Assembly: GCA_977020255.1 (NCBI GenBank)
Contig: CDROCS010004130.1
Location: forward strand, 1-64,000
DNA length: 64,000 nucleotides
Source of the DNA: Obrimoposthia wandeli
Lineage: Eukaryota
Direction: 5' to 3'
Positions within the stretch are counted from its first letter, which is position 1, and every line of letters begins with the position of its first letter. This document shows positions 29,426 to 41,792 of the stretch, one piece after another. A program made the translations under genes and the position numbers. The notes beneath the pieces are model-generated. The model had not been told where the DNA came from and did not search any database. It saw only the letters and a program-made list of their open reading frames with translations.

Positions 29426-32400
29426 ATGGAAAATTATTTTACTTTTCACCCTAAAAAGGTATGCACACGGCTAGCGTCTTTATTTAACCAAAAATCAATT
29501 CTTTTTCTTTTTATTAATGTGCTTCTTATTCAATTAAGTTTTGGACAAACGGATTATAGATCTAGATTTAATGGTCCTAGGGATTGGGATTTAAGTACAT
29601 CCTGGCAAACTTCTTTTGATAATGGTAGTAGTTGGGGAAATGCTTCCACTTATCCAGGTGAAAATGCAGGGTCTTATAATGTAACAATTCAATCTGGTGA
29701 CATTATTGAAGTACCTACAAACCTTACTACATTGGCAATGGGAGATGTTTTAGTTAATGGGACTTTAGATCTAATTGGCGGTTCAAATCCTAAAATAATA
29801 ACCTTAGATACCGAACTTATTACAATTTCTGGAGGTATAATGAATTTCGACAGCCAAAAAATTGATTTGTATTTACCCGTAAATTCTGTAATAGTTGTGG
29901 AAAACGGAGGTGATATAACTGGAGGCTGTAGCAACAATACTGAAATTTTTATTGGAAATAAATTAATTGCTGTATGTCAAGGTGGTGGAAATAGTGGAGT
30001 TCTAACTTTTGGTGAAGTTGTAACAGGAGGCGGTACATTAAATGCAATTATATCAACACCAGATACCAATCCTTTTATGTCTACCATTAATCAACTTATA
30101 ACATTAGAAGGAACATATAGTGGTTCTACATCGGAGACCGTTACTTATGAATGGTTTGTTCAGGATCCTGATGAAATAGTAACTTCATTTAGTACTTCTT
30201 CTTCAACATCATATACTCCAACAAAAATTGGAAACTATCTATTTTCATTTGTAGTTTCAACCCAGATCTCAGGATCTCCCTTCTCTAATAGTGAAACCTT
30301 AATAGTAAATGCAAGCCAATTTTTCAATAGTGATGAAGATACTGTTTTTAACAATATAGATATAGATGATGATAACGATGGAATATTAGATACAGAAGAA
30401 TGTCCAGATTTTGTAAAACCGCGTTTTTTGAATGCGGATTTTGAAGATTTAAATATTATTACTGACCTAGATAGCAATGGAGATCCGATTGATGGAGGGC
30501 CAACAGATGTAGTAGGAACTTCAGGAATCTGGAAAGGACATGAAGATGAAATTCCAAATTGGGAAAGTTCGGATCCAACAAACAATCATTTAGAAATTTG
30601 GCACAATGCTCAAACTGCAAGTAATGACTCTGGAGGACAAGCTTTTTCTGGAATTCAGTGGGCAGAAATTAATGCTACAACAAATGATGGTTTTTATCAA
30701 GATATTACTACTACACCAGGAGATATCTTGCAATGGTCGTTTGCACATCGCAAGCGAACTGGGTATTTAGGAAGCGCAAATGAAGATATTGCACGATTAT
30801 TAATTGGAGATCCCAGTGGAACATTATCAAGCCAAGGTGATTTTTCTTCTGCGGGAGATTCTTCTTGGACAGAACATACTGGAACTTATACAGTTCCTGC
30901 AGGTCAAACAACAACTCGATTAACTTTTACCGCAATTCAGGTTGCTTCTGGAGGAGGAACTTCATCAGGTAATTTTGTAGATAAAGTACAGTTATATGTA
31001 ATCCCAAACTGTAAAGATACTGATGGTGATGGTATCCCTGATTATTTCGATTTAGATAGTGATAATGATGGAATTCCAGATGTGGTTGAAGCCGGTTTTG
31101 CAAATTTAAGTGATGGAACTGGTAAAATTTCAGAAGCTAATTTTTCTGATACAAATGAAAATGGAATGCATGAAACTGCTGAAAGTAATACTCCCTTGGA
31201 TTCAGATGGTGATGGTGTCCCAAATTATATAGATTTGGATAGTGATAATGATGGAATTTTTGACGTAGATGAATCAGGAGTAACAAGTTCTAGTGCCCCA
31301 ACTAGCCTTCAAAATGGAGATGGAGATATTAATGGTGATGGAACTGGTGATGGTGCCGAAACTGAAGCTTTTAGACTTAAGGATTCTGACGACAATGGAA
31401 TTTTTGAAATTTTCGGAGATGGAATATTAGATATTTATGACTATGGAACAGGATCAAATGAATATGGAAATCTAAGTCAAGGAACCTCTCCTTTATACGT
31501 AAGGGATACTGATAGTGATGGAATACCTGATTATTTAGATATTACCTCAAATGGAAGTACATTTGATATAGATACCACATTATATTCTAGTTTAGATGCT
31601 AATTCAAATGGTATTATTGATGGCAGCACAGACACTGATGGAGATGGTATATTGGATACTTTTGATACTGACAATACTGTTTTTGGATCTCCAAGAGATT
31701 TAGACCGAAAACTACATTTGTATTTTGATGGACGGAACGATTATGTTGAAGATGATGCAACAGTAATTGATGGTAATGAAGCTTCAATAATGGGCTGGAT
31801 TAAGATTGATCCTTCTTCAACTGGCGATCAATTATTATTAGGGCAAAATAAATTCTATCTTCTCTTGAAATCAAACAAATTTCTAGAAGCAACAGCCAAT
31901 GGGAATACCATTATTTCAACATCTGCTTTAACAACTAATCAATGGATTCATATTGCAGCCTCTTTTAACACCTCGGGAACTTTAAAATTATACATTAATG
32001 GGTCAGAAATTGCAACTAATACAAGCTCTGGAGCTTCTCTCGCAGATACTTCACTTTTTACAATTGGAAAAACTTCTGGAGCTAATACAAACTTTTATCA
32101 TGGCTATTTTGATGAAGTTAAAGTTTTCAACAAAGCTTTATCAGATAATGAATTGCATAAAATGATCTATCAAGAAATTGTAAATAATTCTAATATTGTT
32201 AGAGGTACTATCATTCCTATAGATATCTCAAATTTTGTAAGTGCTGCAGATAATACTCCTTTAGCATGGGGTTCTTTAAAAAGATACTTTAGAATGGATA
32301 CTTATAAAGATGATATTATTGATGATCTATCAACAGCAGCAGTCGATGTAGGAACCGGGGCAAAAATTTATAATACAAAACTTATAGATAATCAATCCGC

Positions 32401-34225
32401 TCCTTTACCTTTTATCACCCAAATTGGTGATACTACTCTATCAAACGCAGTGACCATTTCTTCAGATGGGGTAAATGGAGCTGATGCAACCTTTTATGAT
32501 TGGTCAATTGTTAAAATAGCGAATAAAAACATAACTCATAATGCTAATCAAAAACACTTAGCCTTATTTGTAAATAGTGTTGATGCCAGTTCAAATCCAA
32601 TTGAATTTAGTATTCAAAATGATACTGAATTAAATATTAGCTGGTATTTAAAATTAGATGGGTTTATTGATTTGGAAGGAGAATCTCAATTAGTTCAAGG
32701 CGTAGAAAGTATATTGGATAATGCAAGTACAGGTTATATTGAAAGAGACCAACAAGGTGAAGGAAATACTTTTAGATATAATGATTGGTCGTCACCAGTT
32801 ATAAAAACAAATACTGCTAAGGGTACTCCATTTTCAATTGCTGATGTTTTAAGAGATGGTACTGATCCTGATATTCCAGGCTCAATTACGTATACATCCG
32901 GTTATGATGGTGTAATTTCGCCAATGACATTAAGTTCTTATTGGATGTATAAATATGCTAATTTACCATCGGATACTTATAGCGCATGGGATCATATTGG
33001 TTCTACTGGAGATTTATATGAAGGTGAAGGTTTTATTATGAAAGGAACTGGAGCTGCTTCCGATCAAAATTATGTATTCGAAGGAAAACCAAATAACGGA
33101 AACATTAGTTTTACTATTAATAATGGTAATGACTACTTAGTTGGTAATCCATATCCTTCCGCTCTAGATGCTAATAAATTTTTATCAGACAATGCAGACA
33201 TCATTACTGGTGTGTTATATTTTTGGGAGCATTGGGGAAATGACTCCCATATTCTATCCGAATATCAAGCAGGTTACGGAAGTTACAATTTATCAGGAGG
33301 ATTAATTGGCACCTCTGGAAACTCGCATCCTAACGTTAGTCAAACAGGAAGTGGATCTAAAACTCCACAACGATTTATTCCTGTGGGACAAGGATTCTTT
33401 GTTGTTGCTCAAGATGGTGGTACTATCGAGTTTAACAATAGTCAGCGTACTTTTATCAAAGAATCTTCAAGATCCTCAATTTTTATGAAAGGTACTAAAT
33501 CTAAAAATGAGCCTGCAATCAACAAAATTGAATTAGACCTAAGGCCAAAAATAAGATTAGGATTTGATGCTCCTAAAGTAGATCATCGTCAATTATTATT
33601 AACTATTGATGAAAATGCAACTGATGCTATAGATTGGGGATATGATGCCGAAATTTATGAAGTTTTCAATGATGATATGTATTGGATGATTGAAAACAAG
33701 AAGTACGTAATCCAAGGAACTAATGAAATTAATCTGGAAAAAGAAATATCATTAGGTATCCAAACTTTAGAAGGTGGAGACATTACAATAAATATAGATG
33801 AATTAGAAAATTTAGATGAAAATACTGAATTATATATCAAAGACAATTCAACAGGAGAAACCTATAATATTATTGAAAAACCTTTTAAAGTAAATTTAGA
33901 ACCGGGAGAATATTTTAATAGATTTTCGCTAACATTTCAACCTAGATTAAAAACTATAAATGAAATCGACATAATTGAAGGAATTATTATTCATATGGAT
34001 AATTCAAATTCAGTTCTTCAAATAAAAAAGGTGATAGATGCAAAAATTAAAACTATTAATTTAATTAATTATTTAGGACAAACAGTTAAATCATGGAATA
34101 AAAACCTTCTCAATAGAACCTTAAACTTACCTCTAAATAATAATAATAATAATAATACGGGAATGTATATGGTTCAAATACATACAGAATACGGAGAAAT
34201 TATAAAACAAATTATAATTAATTAG
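29426..34225 (+). CDS. Large T9SS cargo protein A (TSP3-like Ca-binding repeats, lectin-like jelly-roll, LamG, type-A-like CTD)
   Basis: Signal peptide; many DxDxDG repeats; LamG motif WIHIAASF...LYING...[13 protein letters not shown]; C-terminal NYLGQTVK...GMYMVQI...KQIIIN. Confidence 0.85.
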   Translation: MENYFTFHPKKVCTRLASLFNQKSILFLFINVLLIQLSFGQTDYRSRFNGPRDWDLSTSWQTSFDNGSSWGNASTYPGENAGSYNVTIQSGDIIEVPTNLTTLAMGDVLVNGTLDLIGGSNPKIITLDTELITISGGIMNFDSQKIDLYLPVNSVIVVENGGDITGGCSNNTEIFIGNKLIAVCQGGGNSGVLTFGEVVTGGGTLNAIISTPDTNPFMSTINQLITLEGTYSGSTSETVTYEWFVQDPDEIVTSFSTSSSTSYTPTKIGNYLFSFVVSTQISGSPFSNSETLIVNASQFFNSDEDTVFNNIDIDDDNDGILDTEECPDFVKPRFLNADFEDLNIITDLDSNGDPIDGGPTDVVGTSGIWKGHEDEIPNWESSDPTNNHLEIWHNAQTASNDSGGQAFSGIQWAEINATTNDGFYQDITTTPGDILQWSFAHRKRTGYLGSANEDIARLLIGDPSGTLSSQGDFSSAGDSSWTEHTGTYTVPAGQTTTRLTFTAIQVASGGGTSSGNFVDKVQLYVIPNCKDTDGDGIPDYFDLDSDNDGIPDVVEAGFANLSDGTGKISEANFSDTNENGMHETAESNTPLDSDGDGVPNYIDLDSDNDGIFDVDESGVTSSSAPTSLQNGDGDINGDGTGDGAETEAFRLKDSDDNGIFEIFGDGILDIYDYGTGSNEYGNLSQGTSPLYVRDTDSDGIPDYLDITSNGSTFDIDTTLYSSLDANSNGIIDGSTDTDGDGILDTFDTDNTVFGSPRDLDRKLHLYFDGRNDYVEDDATVIDGNEASIMGWIKIDPSSTGDQLLLGQNKFYLLLKSNKFLEATANGNTIISTSALTTNQWIHIAASFNTSGTLKLYINGSEIATNTSSGASLADTSLFTIGKTSGANTNFYHGYFDEVKVFNKALSDNELHKMIYQEIVNNSNIVRGTIIPIDISNFVSAADNTPLAWGSLKRYFRMDTYKDDIIDDLSTAAVDVGTGAKIYNTKLIDNQSAPLPFITQIGDTTLSNAVTISSDGVNGADATFYDWSIVKIANKNITHNANQKHLALFVNSVDASSNPIEFSIQNDTELNISWYLKLDGFIDLEGESQLVQGVESILDNASTGYIERDQQGEGNTFRYNDWSSPVIKTNTAKGTPFSIADVLRDGTDPDIPGSITYTSGYDGVISPMTLSSYWMYKYANLPSDTYSAWDHIGSTGDLYEGEGFIMKGTGAASDQNYVFEGKPNNGNISFTINNGNDYLVGNPYPSALDANKFLSDNADIITGVLYFWEHWGNDSHILSEYQAGYGSYNLSGGLIGTSGNSHPNVSQTGSGSKTPQRFIPVGQGFFVVAQDGGTIEFNNSQRTFIKESSRSSIFMKGTKSKNEPAINKIELDLRPKIRLGFDAPKVDHRQLLLTIDENATDAIDWGYDAEIYEVFNDDMYWMIENKKYVIQGTNEINLEKEISLGIQTLEGGDITINIDELENLDENTELYIKDNSTGETYNIIEKPFKVNLEPGEYFNRFSLTFQPRLKTINEIDIIEGIIIHMDNSNSVLQIKKVIDAKIKTINLINYLGQTVKSWNKNLLNRTLNLPLNNNNNNNTGMYMVQIHTEYGEIIKQIIIN
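34136..34156 (+). repeat. (AAT)7 microsatellite (poly-Asn) within the T9SS CTD of protein A
   Basis: Encodes [14 protein letters not shown]; the paralog has LPISTNSGAY. Confidence 0.85.
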
Positions 34226-34334
34226 ATTAAGTAACATCTTGAAATTGATTATTAACAAGAGCATCACACCTCTAAAACAAACTCTTTAAATTGTTTATTA
34301 TCAATTAATTAGACGAATAAAATTAGAGGTTTCT

Positions 34335-34365
34335 TTTGTTCTTTATGTTTTATTTCATAAGTTTG
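34335..34365 (+). promoter_or_regulatory. Canonical Bacteroidota promoter ~225 nt upstream of T9SS protein B
   Basis: TTTG (34335-34338), 19-nt spacer, TAAGTTTG (34358-34365). Confidence 0.7.
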
Positions 34366-34590
34366 TATTAACCCCTAATTGCAACAATATTATGCGAACC
34401 CCAAAATTAACTCATACTTTGAGTTTGATTTCTGCATCATACGTTTCTTTCCTGGATTTATTCCTATTGAAATTAACTGTACTTTTTTTAGATTTTTTAA
34501 ATTGTTTTTCGAGACGTGTTATATCCATTTTCTACTTTTGAAAATACACTACTACTATAGACAATTCACGAAGTTCTTATTCTGTTAGCT

Positions 34591-37500
34591 ATGAAACAAA
34601 AAATTACTTTTTTTAATAAAATTATAACCCTTCTATTTTTATTATTCCTTTTTAGCAACCTACTTCACGGACAAACCATAGTTTGGCAAGAAGATTTTAC
34701 CTACTCTGACCATACAGTTGTTGGAACTGCCAATAGGTGGAATACTGTAATATCTGGCTCTCCAAACTATATAAAAGTACTTTCAAATGAACTAAGAGCG
34801 AATCATTTAATAGATGAGCAAATATTTGAAACTGAATCTATTAATATTTCTGCCTATTCAAAAGTGGATATTAGCGTTGACCTTAGAACAGTTGTTTTGG
34901 GAAATATGGAAGATGCTGACTACATAAAGGTATTCTATATTCTTGATGGCGGAGTCGAAACTCTTTTCAATATAAATGGAACAAATATAAATGACCTTAA
35001 TCCTATCACTGCATCTCAAACCAGTTTATCTGGGACAACACTTGTAATAAAAATAAGAGTTAAAAATAGTGCCAGTAATGAAACCTATGGAATTGACAAT
35101 ATATTGGTTATAGAACAACCTACAGCATTTTTTGATAGTGACAATGATGGAATTGATGATAATATTGATATTGATGATGATAATGATGGGATAAAAGACA
35201 TTGATGAAGAAAATACATGTAGACTTTCTCCTTCAGGAACTACAGCAACTTATAAATTTTTAAATGAAACATTTGGAACTGGATCAAGAACAACTATTAA
35301 TACAACTTATAATGCTACAACAACATATTGTTATGAAGATGGAACTGTAGGTACAAATACTGGTTCATGCCCTTCCTTAAATTCAAAAATATTAGATGAT
35401 GGAGAATATTGTGTTGTATCAAAAATTACGGGTACAGTTGCAAGTGACCCCGAAAATATTCACGGAGATTTGGCATGGTACCAAGGTGCCGATCATACTG
35501 GTGATACAGATGGTCGAATGGCTGTTTTTAATGCTAGTTTTACCCCAGGTGTTTTTTATGAAACAACAATTACTGGAGTTTTATCAAATATGCCAATAAC
35601 TTACAGTTTTTGGGCCCTAAATATAATGGCACAATCTACATTCCCTGGTTCAATTCTACCTGATATAACTGTACAATTTCTTGACACATCAAACAATGTT
35701 TTGACTTCAATTAACACTGGTCAATTTGGGAGATGCTCAGGTGGAATTGCAGATAACTCCTGTGAAAATGGCGTTTGGAAACAGTTTACGACTAGTGTTA
35801 ATCTTGGAAATGTAAATGAATTTATTGTTCGATTCATAAATAATGCACCAGGTGGAGGGGGAAATGACCTTGCAATAGATGACATATTAATTTCACAAAC
35901 TTTATGTGATGCAGACAAAGATGGGGTTGCTGATTTATTTGATTTAGATTCAGATAATGATGGAATTCCTGATATTGTAGAGTGTGGTAACGGACAATTT
36001 AGTAATGGTACTGCTAAAATTCCTACAGGCGTTTGGGTTGATACAAATTCAAACGGGATGCATGATGCTGCTGAAAGTACTACAGCATTAGATTCTGATG
36101 GTGATGGTGTACCCAATTATTTAGATTTAGACAGTGATAATGATACCATATTTGATGTAGATGAATCTGGAGCTGGAAATTCTGGTGACTCTAACTTTCA
36201 AAATGGCGATGGTGATATTAATGGTGATGGCGTTGGTGATGGAACAGATACAGATGCGTTTAGAGAAACCGATATTAATTCTGATTCCGTTTTAGAATAT
36301 TTTACTGATGGAATTTTAGATGTTTATGATTTTTTTGAGGGTGGCACTCTTAACACTTCATATGGAAATCAAAATCAAGGGTCTACAGGTGTAGGATGGG
36401 AAAATTATGCGATTGATACCGATAATGATGGAACCCCTGATTATATTGATTTAACCTCAAACGGTAGTACATTTGATATTGATGGAACCTTATATTCAAG
36501 TTTAGATGCTGATTTAAATGGTATAATCGACGATAGTACAGATAGTGATGGAGATGGAATTGTAAATTTATTTGATACTGATGATGCCGTTTTTGGATCT
36601 CCTCGAGATTTAAATCAAAAACTTCAATTATACTTTGATGGTCGAAATGACTATACTGAAGATTCTTCAGTTATAGATGGATGGAGCGAAGCAACAATAA
36701 TGGGCTGGATTAAGATAGACCCAACTGCAACCGGAAGTCAAATTATTCTTGGACAGGATAAGTTTTATTTAGAGTTAAAAGCAGATAAAAAAATTGAAAT
36801 AAATGCAAACGGAACCATAGTTTCAAATACAACAGCATTAAACACCAATCGATGGGTACATTTAGCAGGAACTTATAGCAGTTCCAATAGCAAATTAAAA
36901 CTTTATGTAAACGGACAAATAATTGATAGTACAAATGTTACTGGTGCCCTCCCATCTGATGCTTCTCCTTTTACCATTGGAAGAAAACCAAACACAAATA
37001 GCAACTATTTTAAAGGCTATTTTGATGAAATAAGGGTTTTTAACAAAGAACTTTCTGAAAATGAATTGCATAAAATGATTTATCAGGAAATTGAAAATAA
37101 TTCTGGAATTGTAAGAGGTTCTGTTATCCCTTTAGATGTTTCTAATTACGTGAATACAACAACTGATACTCCTTTAGCTTGGACATTTCTGAAAAGATAT
37201 TTTAGAATGGACACCTATAAAGATGATATTATTGATGATTTAACAACTACTACAATCGATACAGGAAGTGGTGCGAAAATTTACAATGTAAAAATAATTG
37301 AAGTACAATCTGCTCCTTTACCTTTTATTACGCAAACAGGAGATACTACTCTTGCAAATGCAGTTGATATTCCTTCAGATGGAGTATTGGGAACCGATGC
37401 AACAACTCATGATTGGTCAATTGTTAAAATTGAACATGAAAAAATAACTCATAATGCTAATCAAAAACATTTGGGATTATTTGTAAATAGTATTGATACC

Positions 37501-39129
37501 AGTTCAAACCCAATTGAATTTAGTATCCAAAATGATAGTGAATTAAATATTAGTTGGTATTTAAAATTAGATGGTTTTATTGATTTAGAAGATGAATCAC
37601 AACTGATACAAGGAATAGAAAGTGTATTAGATGATTCAAGTTCTGGATATATTGAGCGAGATCAACAAGGTATTGGAAATAAATACAGATACAACGATTG
37701 GTCCTCACCTGTTATAAAAACAAATACAGCTAATGGAAGTACCTTTACCATTGCTGATATTTTAAAGGATGGTACAAATTCAAGTTTACCAGGAGCAATC
37801 GCATATAATAATTCAGGTTACGATGGTTCAACTTCTCCTATGACATTGAGTACTTACTGGATGTATAAGTATGTGGACTCACCCTATGGTGATTATAGCT
37901 CTTGGGAACAAATTAGAAGTTCTGGAAATTTAAACCCTGGAGATGGTTTTTTAATGAAAGGAACTGGAGCTTCATCAGATCAAAACTATGTTTTTAAGGG
38001 CAAACCAAATAATGGTGATATCTCCATAAATATATCACCAAACTATGGATATTTAGTCGGAAACCCTTATCCGTCTGCTTTAGATGCAAATCAATTTATA
38101 AATGACAATTCAACTTCAATAACTGGAACAATCTACTTTTGGGAACATTATGGAGGTGAAAGTCATATTTTAGCTGAATATCAGGCTGGTTACGCTACCT
38201 ATAATTTATCTGGGGGAATTGCTGCTGCTTCACCTCATCCAATGGTTGATCAAACAGCTCCCTCCGCTCCAAAAATGCCGGAAAGATATATTCCTGTGGC
38301 ACAAGGCTTCTTTGCTCAAGGAGATTCAGATGGAGGAACCATTATTTTTAACAATGGACAACGCACATTTATAAAAGAAGCATCTACAAACTCAATTTTT
38401 ATGAAAGGGGTTAAATCTAAAAAAGTAAATGAAACTATAGACCTTGAACAGGATTTAAGGCCAAAAATCAGACTTGGATTTAGAGCTCCTAAAATTAATC
38501 ATAGACAGTTACTGTTAACCATTGATGAAAAATCAACAGATTCAATTGATTATGGTTACGATGGAGAAGTTTATGAACTATTTGAAGATGATATGTTTTG
38601 GGTAATTGAAGATGAAAAATATGTAATTCAGGGAACAAATAAAATCAATTTAGAAAAAGAAATCCCAATTGGAATACAAACTCTAAAAGGTGGGGAAATT
38701 ACAATTAGCATAGACGAATTAGAAAATTTAGATGAAACTACAGAATTATATATCAAAGACAATTTAAATGGAGAAACCATTAAAATAAATGATCAGCCGT
38801 TTAAAACTTATTTAGAAGCCGGAGAATATAAGAATAGATTTGTTTTAGCTTTTCAACCTAAATTGAAATCAATAAATGAGATTAAACTAATTGATGGAAT
38901 ACGTATTTATATGAACAACAATAGTTCTAAACTAAACATTAAAAAAATGATTGATGTAAATATTGAAAACATTACTCTATTTAATTATTTAGGTCAAAAA
39001 ATTAAAGAATGGAATTCCAATTTTGAAGAGATAATAATTTCACTTCCTATTAGTACAAATTCTGGAGCATATATTGTCAATGTAAAAACTTCAGAAGGTG
39101 TCATCTCCAAAAAAATAATTAAAAAATAA
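34591..39129 (+). CDS. Large T9SS cargo protein B, paralog of A
   Basis: Signal peptide; shares the TSP3-like/LamG/C-terminal two-thirds with A (e.g. [10 protein letters not shown] vs [40 protein letters not shown]) but has different N-terminal modules. Confidence 0.85.
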   Translation: MKQKITFFNKIITLLFLLFLFSNLLHGQTIVWQEDFTYSDHTVVGTANRWNTVISGSPNYIKVLSNELRANHLIDEQIFETESINISAYSKVDISVDLRTVVLGNMEDADYIKVFYILDGGVETLFNINGTNINDLNPITASQTSLSGTTLVIKIRVKNSASNETYGIDNILVIEQPTAFFDSDNDGIDDNIDIDDDNDGIKDIDEENTCRLSPSGTTATYKFLNETFGTGSRTTINTTYNATTTYCYEDGTVGTNTGSCPSLNSKILDDGEYCVVSKITGTVASDPENIHGDLAWYQGADHTGDTDGRMAVFNASFTPGVFYETTITGVLSNMPITYSFWALNIMAQSTFPGSILPDITVQFLDTSNNVLTSINTGQFGRCSGGIADNSCENGVWKQFTTSVNLGNVNEFIVRFINNAPGGGGNDLAIDDILISQTLCDADKDGVADLFDLDSDNDGIPDIVECGNGQFSNGTAKIPTGVWVDTNSNGMHDAAESTTALDSDGDGVPNYLDLDSDNDTIFDVDESGAGNSGDSNFQNGDGDINGDGVGDGTDTDAFRETDINSDSVLEYFTDGILDVYDFFEGGTLNTSYGNQNQGSTGVGWENYAIDTDNDGTPDYIDLTSNGSTFDIDGTLYSSLDADLNGIIDDSTDSDGDGIVNLFDTDDAVFGSPRDLNQKLQLYFDGRNDYTEDSSVIDGWSEATIMGWIKIDPTATGSQIILGQDKFYLELKADKKIEINANGTIVSNTTALNTNRWVHLAGTYSSSNSKLKLYVNGQIIDSTNVTGALPSDASPFTIGRKPNTNSNYFKGYFDEIRVFNKELSENELHKMIYQEIENNSGIVRGSVIPLDVSNYVNTTTDTPLAWTFLKRYFRMDTYKDDIIDDLTTTTIDTGSGAKIYNVKIIEVQSAPLPFITQTGDTTLANAVDIPSDGVLGTDATTHDWSIVKIEHEKITHNANQKHLGLFVNSIDTSSNPIEFSIQNDSELNISWYLKLDGFIDLEDESQLIQGIESVLDDSSSGYIERDQQGIGNKYRYNDWSSPVIKTNTANGSTFTIADILKDGTNSSLPGAIAYNNSGYDGSTSPMTLSTYWMYKYVDSPYGDYSSWEQIRSSGNLNPGDGFLMKGTGASSDQNYVFKGKPNNGDISINISPNYGYLVGNPYPSALDANQFINDNSTSITGTIYFWEHYGGESHILAEYQAGYATYNLSGGIAAASPHPMVDQTAPSAPKMPERYIPVAQGFFAQGDSDGGTIIFNNGQRTFIKEASTNSIFMKGVKSKKVNETIDLEQDLRPKIRLGFRAPKINHRQLLLTIDEKSTDSIDYGYDGEVYELFEDDMFWVIEDEKYVIQGTNKINLEKEIPIGIQTLKGGEITISIDELENLDETTELYIKDNLNGETIKINDQPFKTYLEAGEYKNRFVLAFQPKLKSINEIKLIDGIRIYMNNNSSKLNIKKMIDVNIENITLFNYLGQKIKEWNSNFEEIIISLPISTNSGAYIVNVKTSEGVISKKIIKK

Positions 39130-39145
39130 GCTTAGCCTTTTTTAT

Positions 39146-39181
39146 AAAAAGCCACTTTATTTAGAATAAAGTGGCTTTTTT
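39146..39181. terminator. Intrinsic terminator
   Basis: AAAAAGCCACTTTATT-TAG-AATAAAGTGGCTTTTTT. Confidence 0.9.
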
Positions 39182-39265
39182 CTTTAACATAGATTTAAGA
39201 AATTTCACATAGGTGTTTAATATCTTAGGGGCTTTATTTTATTTTAAAATCAAACCTATAACCTT

Positions 39266-41764
39266 ATGAATAATAGATTTTTAACCAGTTTATTAACTCT
39301 TATGTTAATTGTTGGTATGACTTCAACAGTTGAAGCCCAAAAAAAGAGAAAAAGAAAAAAAGATAAAAAAGAAGCTATTGCACCGAAGCCAAAACCTAAA
39401 AAAGGAGCAATACAACCATATAACAAGGTGGTAACAAAAGATGCCAAAACCGATGAAGGATTGTTTAAGGTTCATACTATTGATGAAAAATACTTATATG
39501 AAATACCAGATTCTTTATTAGAAAAAGAAATGTTAATGGTAACTCGTATTGCAAAAAACACTTCAAATAACAGAAATTTTGGAGGCCAAAAAGCAAATAC
39601 TCAAGTATTGCGTTGGCAAAAAAAAGGAAAGAAAATTGTATTAAGAGTTGTTTCTCATAAAACTGTAGCTGACGAAAATCTTCCAGTCCATGAAGCAGTT
39701 GTAAATTCAAATTTTGAGCCTGTATTATTTTCATTTCCTATAAAAGCTTTTAATAAAGACACAACTGCAACTGTAATTGATGTTACTGATTTATTTTCTA
39801 CAGATGTAAAAGCTTTAGGTTTACCTAGATATGTTAGAAAAGGTTATAAAATCACTCGCTTAGATTCAAAAAAATCATTTATAGAAAGCTTAAAAAGTTA
39901 TCCTTTAAATATTGAATCTCGTCATGTAAAAACGTATGCTGCCTCTGCTCCACCTTCAAATTCAAGTACAGGAACTGTTTCAGTTGAAATGAGTAACTCA
40001 ATGATATTGTTACCTGAAGTTCCTATGAAAAGAAGAATTTTTGATGAAAGAGTTGGATGGTTTACTTCAAGTCAAACTGATTATGGTTCTGAAGCTCAAA
40101 AAAGTGAAAAAATTACTTTCTTAGACAGATGGAGATTGGAAGTTAAAGATGAAGATATTGAAAAATTTAAAAGAGGTGAATTAGTTGAACCAAAAAAACA
40201 AATTGTTTATTACATAGATAGAGCTACTCCAAAAAAATGGAGAAAATACATTAAACAAGGTATTGAAGACTGGCAAGTTGCTTATGAAGCTGCAGGTTTT
40301 AAAAATGCAATTATTGCAAAAGATGCTCCAACAAAAGAAGAAGACCCTGAATGGACACCAGAAGATGTTCGTTATTCGGTTGTTAGATATTTAGCTTCTC
40401 CAATTCCTAATGCAAATGGTCCTCACGTAAGTGATCCAAGATCTGGAGAAATTTTAGAATCAGACATTAACTGGTATCACAATGTAATGAGCTTATTAAA
40501 GGGGTGGTTTTTTGTACAAACAGCAGCTATTAATCCAAATGCTCAAAGTGCTGAATTTAAAGATGAAGTAATGGGTGAACTTATTAAATTTGTTTCTTCT
40601 CATGAAGTTGGTCATACTTTAGGTTTACCTCATAATATGGGTAGCAGCTGTGCTTATGCTGTTGATTCACTTCGTTCAGCAAGTTTCACAAAAAAACACG
40701 GTACTGCTCCTTCAATTATGGATTATGCTCGTTTTAATTATATAGCTCAACCAGGTGATGAAGGAGTTGCGTTAATGCCTAATATTGGTGTTTATGATAA
40801 GTATGCAATGAGCTGGGGTTACAGACCTATTTTAGATGTTAAAACTGCTGCAGACGAAAAAGAAACATTAGATAGCTGGATTTTAAAACACGCTGGAGAT
40901 CCTTTGTATCGTTTTGGTCACCAACAAGCTGGTGGTGTAGTTGATCCAAGTTCTCAAACAGAAGATTTAGGTGATGATGCAATTAAAGCAAGTACTTATG
41001 GAATTGCAAACCTAAAACGAATTGTTCCAAATTTAATTGAATGGACTTCTGAAAAAGGTAAAAATTATGATGATTTAAAGACTATGTATGGTCATGTATT
41101 ATCACAATACAACAGATATATGGGACATGTTTCTTCAAACTTAGGTGGTGTTTATGAAAATTATAAAACATACGACCAAGAAGGAACAGTATACAGTCAT
41201 GTAGATAAAACTCATCAAAAGAATTGCTTGAAATTCATTAACAATCAATTATTTAAAACGCCAACCTGGCTAATTGACAAAGATATCATTGGAAGAACTG
41301 AATATTCTGGTATTACTGAAAGAATTAGAAATACACAGGTAAAAACGTTAGATAACATCTTAGATTTAGGTAGAATGATGCGTATGATTGAAAATGAAAC
41401 TTTAAATGGAAAAGAAGCGTATACTTTAATTTCAATGATGACTGACTTACGCAATGGTATTTGGTCTGAGTTAAGAACTGGTAAAAAAATTGACACTTAC
41501 CGTAGAAATTTACAAAGAGCCTATGTTGAAAAACTTGGGAATTTAACAACTGCCAAAAACATTAAGAAATACAATGGTTCCAGTTATGTAAAAAACACTG
41601 CAGTAACTGTAAAACAGTCTGACATTATTCCAATAGTTAGAGGTGAACTTAACAGAATTAAAAGAGATGCCAAAAGAGCTGCAAATGCAACTACAAATAC
41701 TACCAGAAAATATCATTTACTTGATATTGTTGAACGTATTGATGCTATTTTAGATCCTAAATAA
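39266..41764 (+). CDS. Zinc-dependent metalloprotease (metzincin; DUF5117/DUF4953 EcxA-like architecture)
   Basis: Signal peptide; HEVGHTLGLPHN, SIMDY (Met-turn), DPRSGEILESDI. Confidence 0.9.
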   Translation: MNNRFLTSLLTLMLIVGMTSTVEAQKKRKRKKDKKEAIAPKPKPKKGAIQPYNKVVTKDAKTDEGLFKVHTIDEKYLYEIPDSLLEKEMLMVTRIAKNTSNNRNFGGQKANTQVLRWQKKGKKIVLRVVSHKTVADENLPVHEAVVNSNFEPVLFSFPIKAFNKDTTATVIDVTDLFSTDVKALGLPRYVRKGYKITRLDSKKSFIESLKSYPLNIESRHVKTYAASAPPSNSSTGTVSVEMSNSMILLPEVPMKRRIFDERVGWFTSSQTDYGSEAQKSEKITFLDRWRLEVKDEDIEKFKRGELVEPKKQIVYYIDRATPKKWRKYIKQGIEDWQVAYEAAGFKNAIIAKDAPTKEEDPEWTPEDVRYSVVRYLASPIPNANGPHVSDPRSGEILESDINWYHNVMSLLKGWFFVQTAAINPNAQSAEFKDEVMGELIKFVSSHEVGHTLGLPHNMGSSCAYAVDSLRSASFTKKHGTAPSIMDYARFNYIAQPGDEGVALMPNIGVYDKYAMSWGYRPILDVKTAADEKETLDSWILKHAGDPLYRFGHQQAGGVVDPSSQTEDLGDDAIKASTYGIANLKRIVPNLIEWTSEKGKNYDDLKTMYGHVLSQYNRYMGHVSSNLGGVYENYKTYDQEGTVYSHVDKTHQKNCLKFINNQLFKTPTWLIDKDIIGRTEYSGITERIRNTQVKTLDNILDLGRMMRMIENETLNGKEAYTLISMMTDLRNGIWSELRTGKKIDTYRRNLQRAYVEKLGNLTTAKNIKKYNGSSYVKNTAVTVKQSDIIPIVRGELNRIKRDAKRAANATTNTTRKYHLLDIVERIDAILDPK

Positions 41765-41792
41765 TTTATATATTCAACATTAATCTGTTGAC

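Noticed and set aside
34379-34588. 69-aa ORF from the track
   Set aside because: TTG start, Phe/Ile-rich composition expected from AT-rich non-coding DNA and no family motif; the ATG uORF at 34392 is the better candidate.
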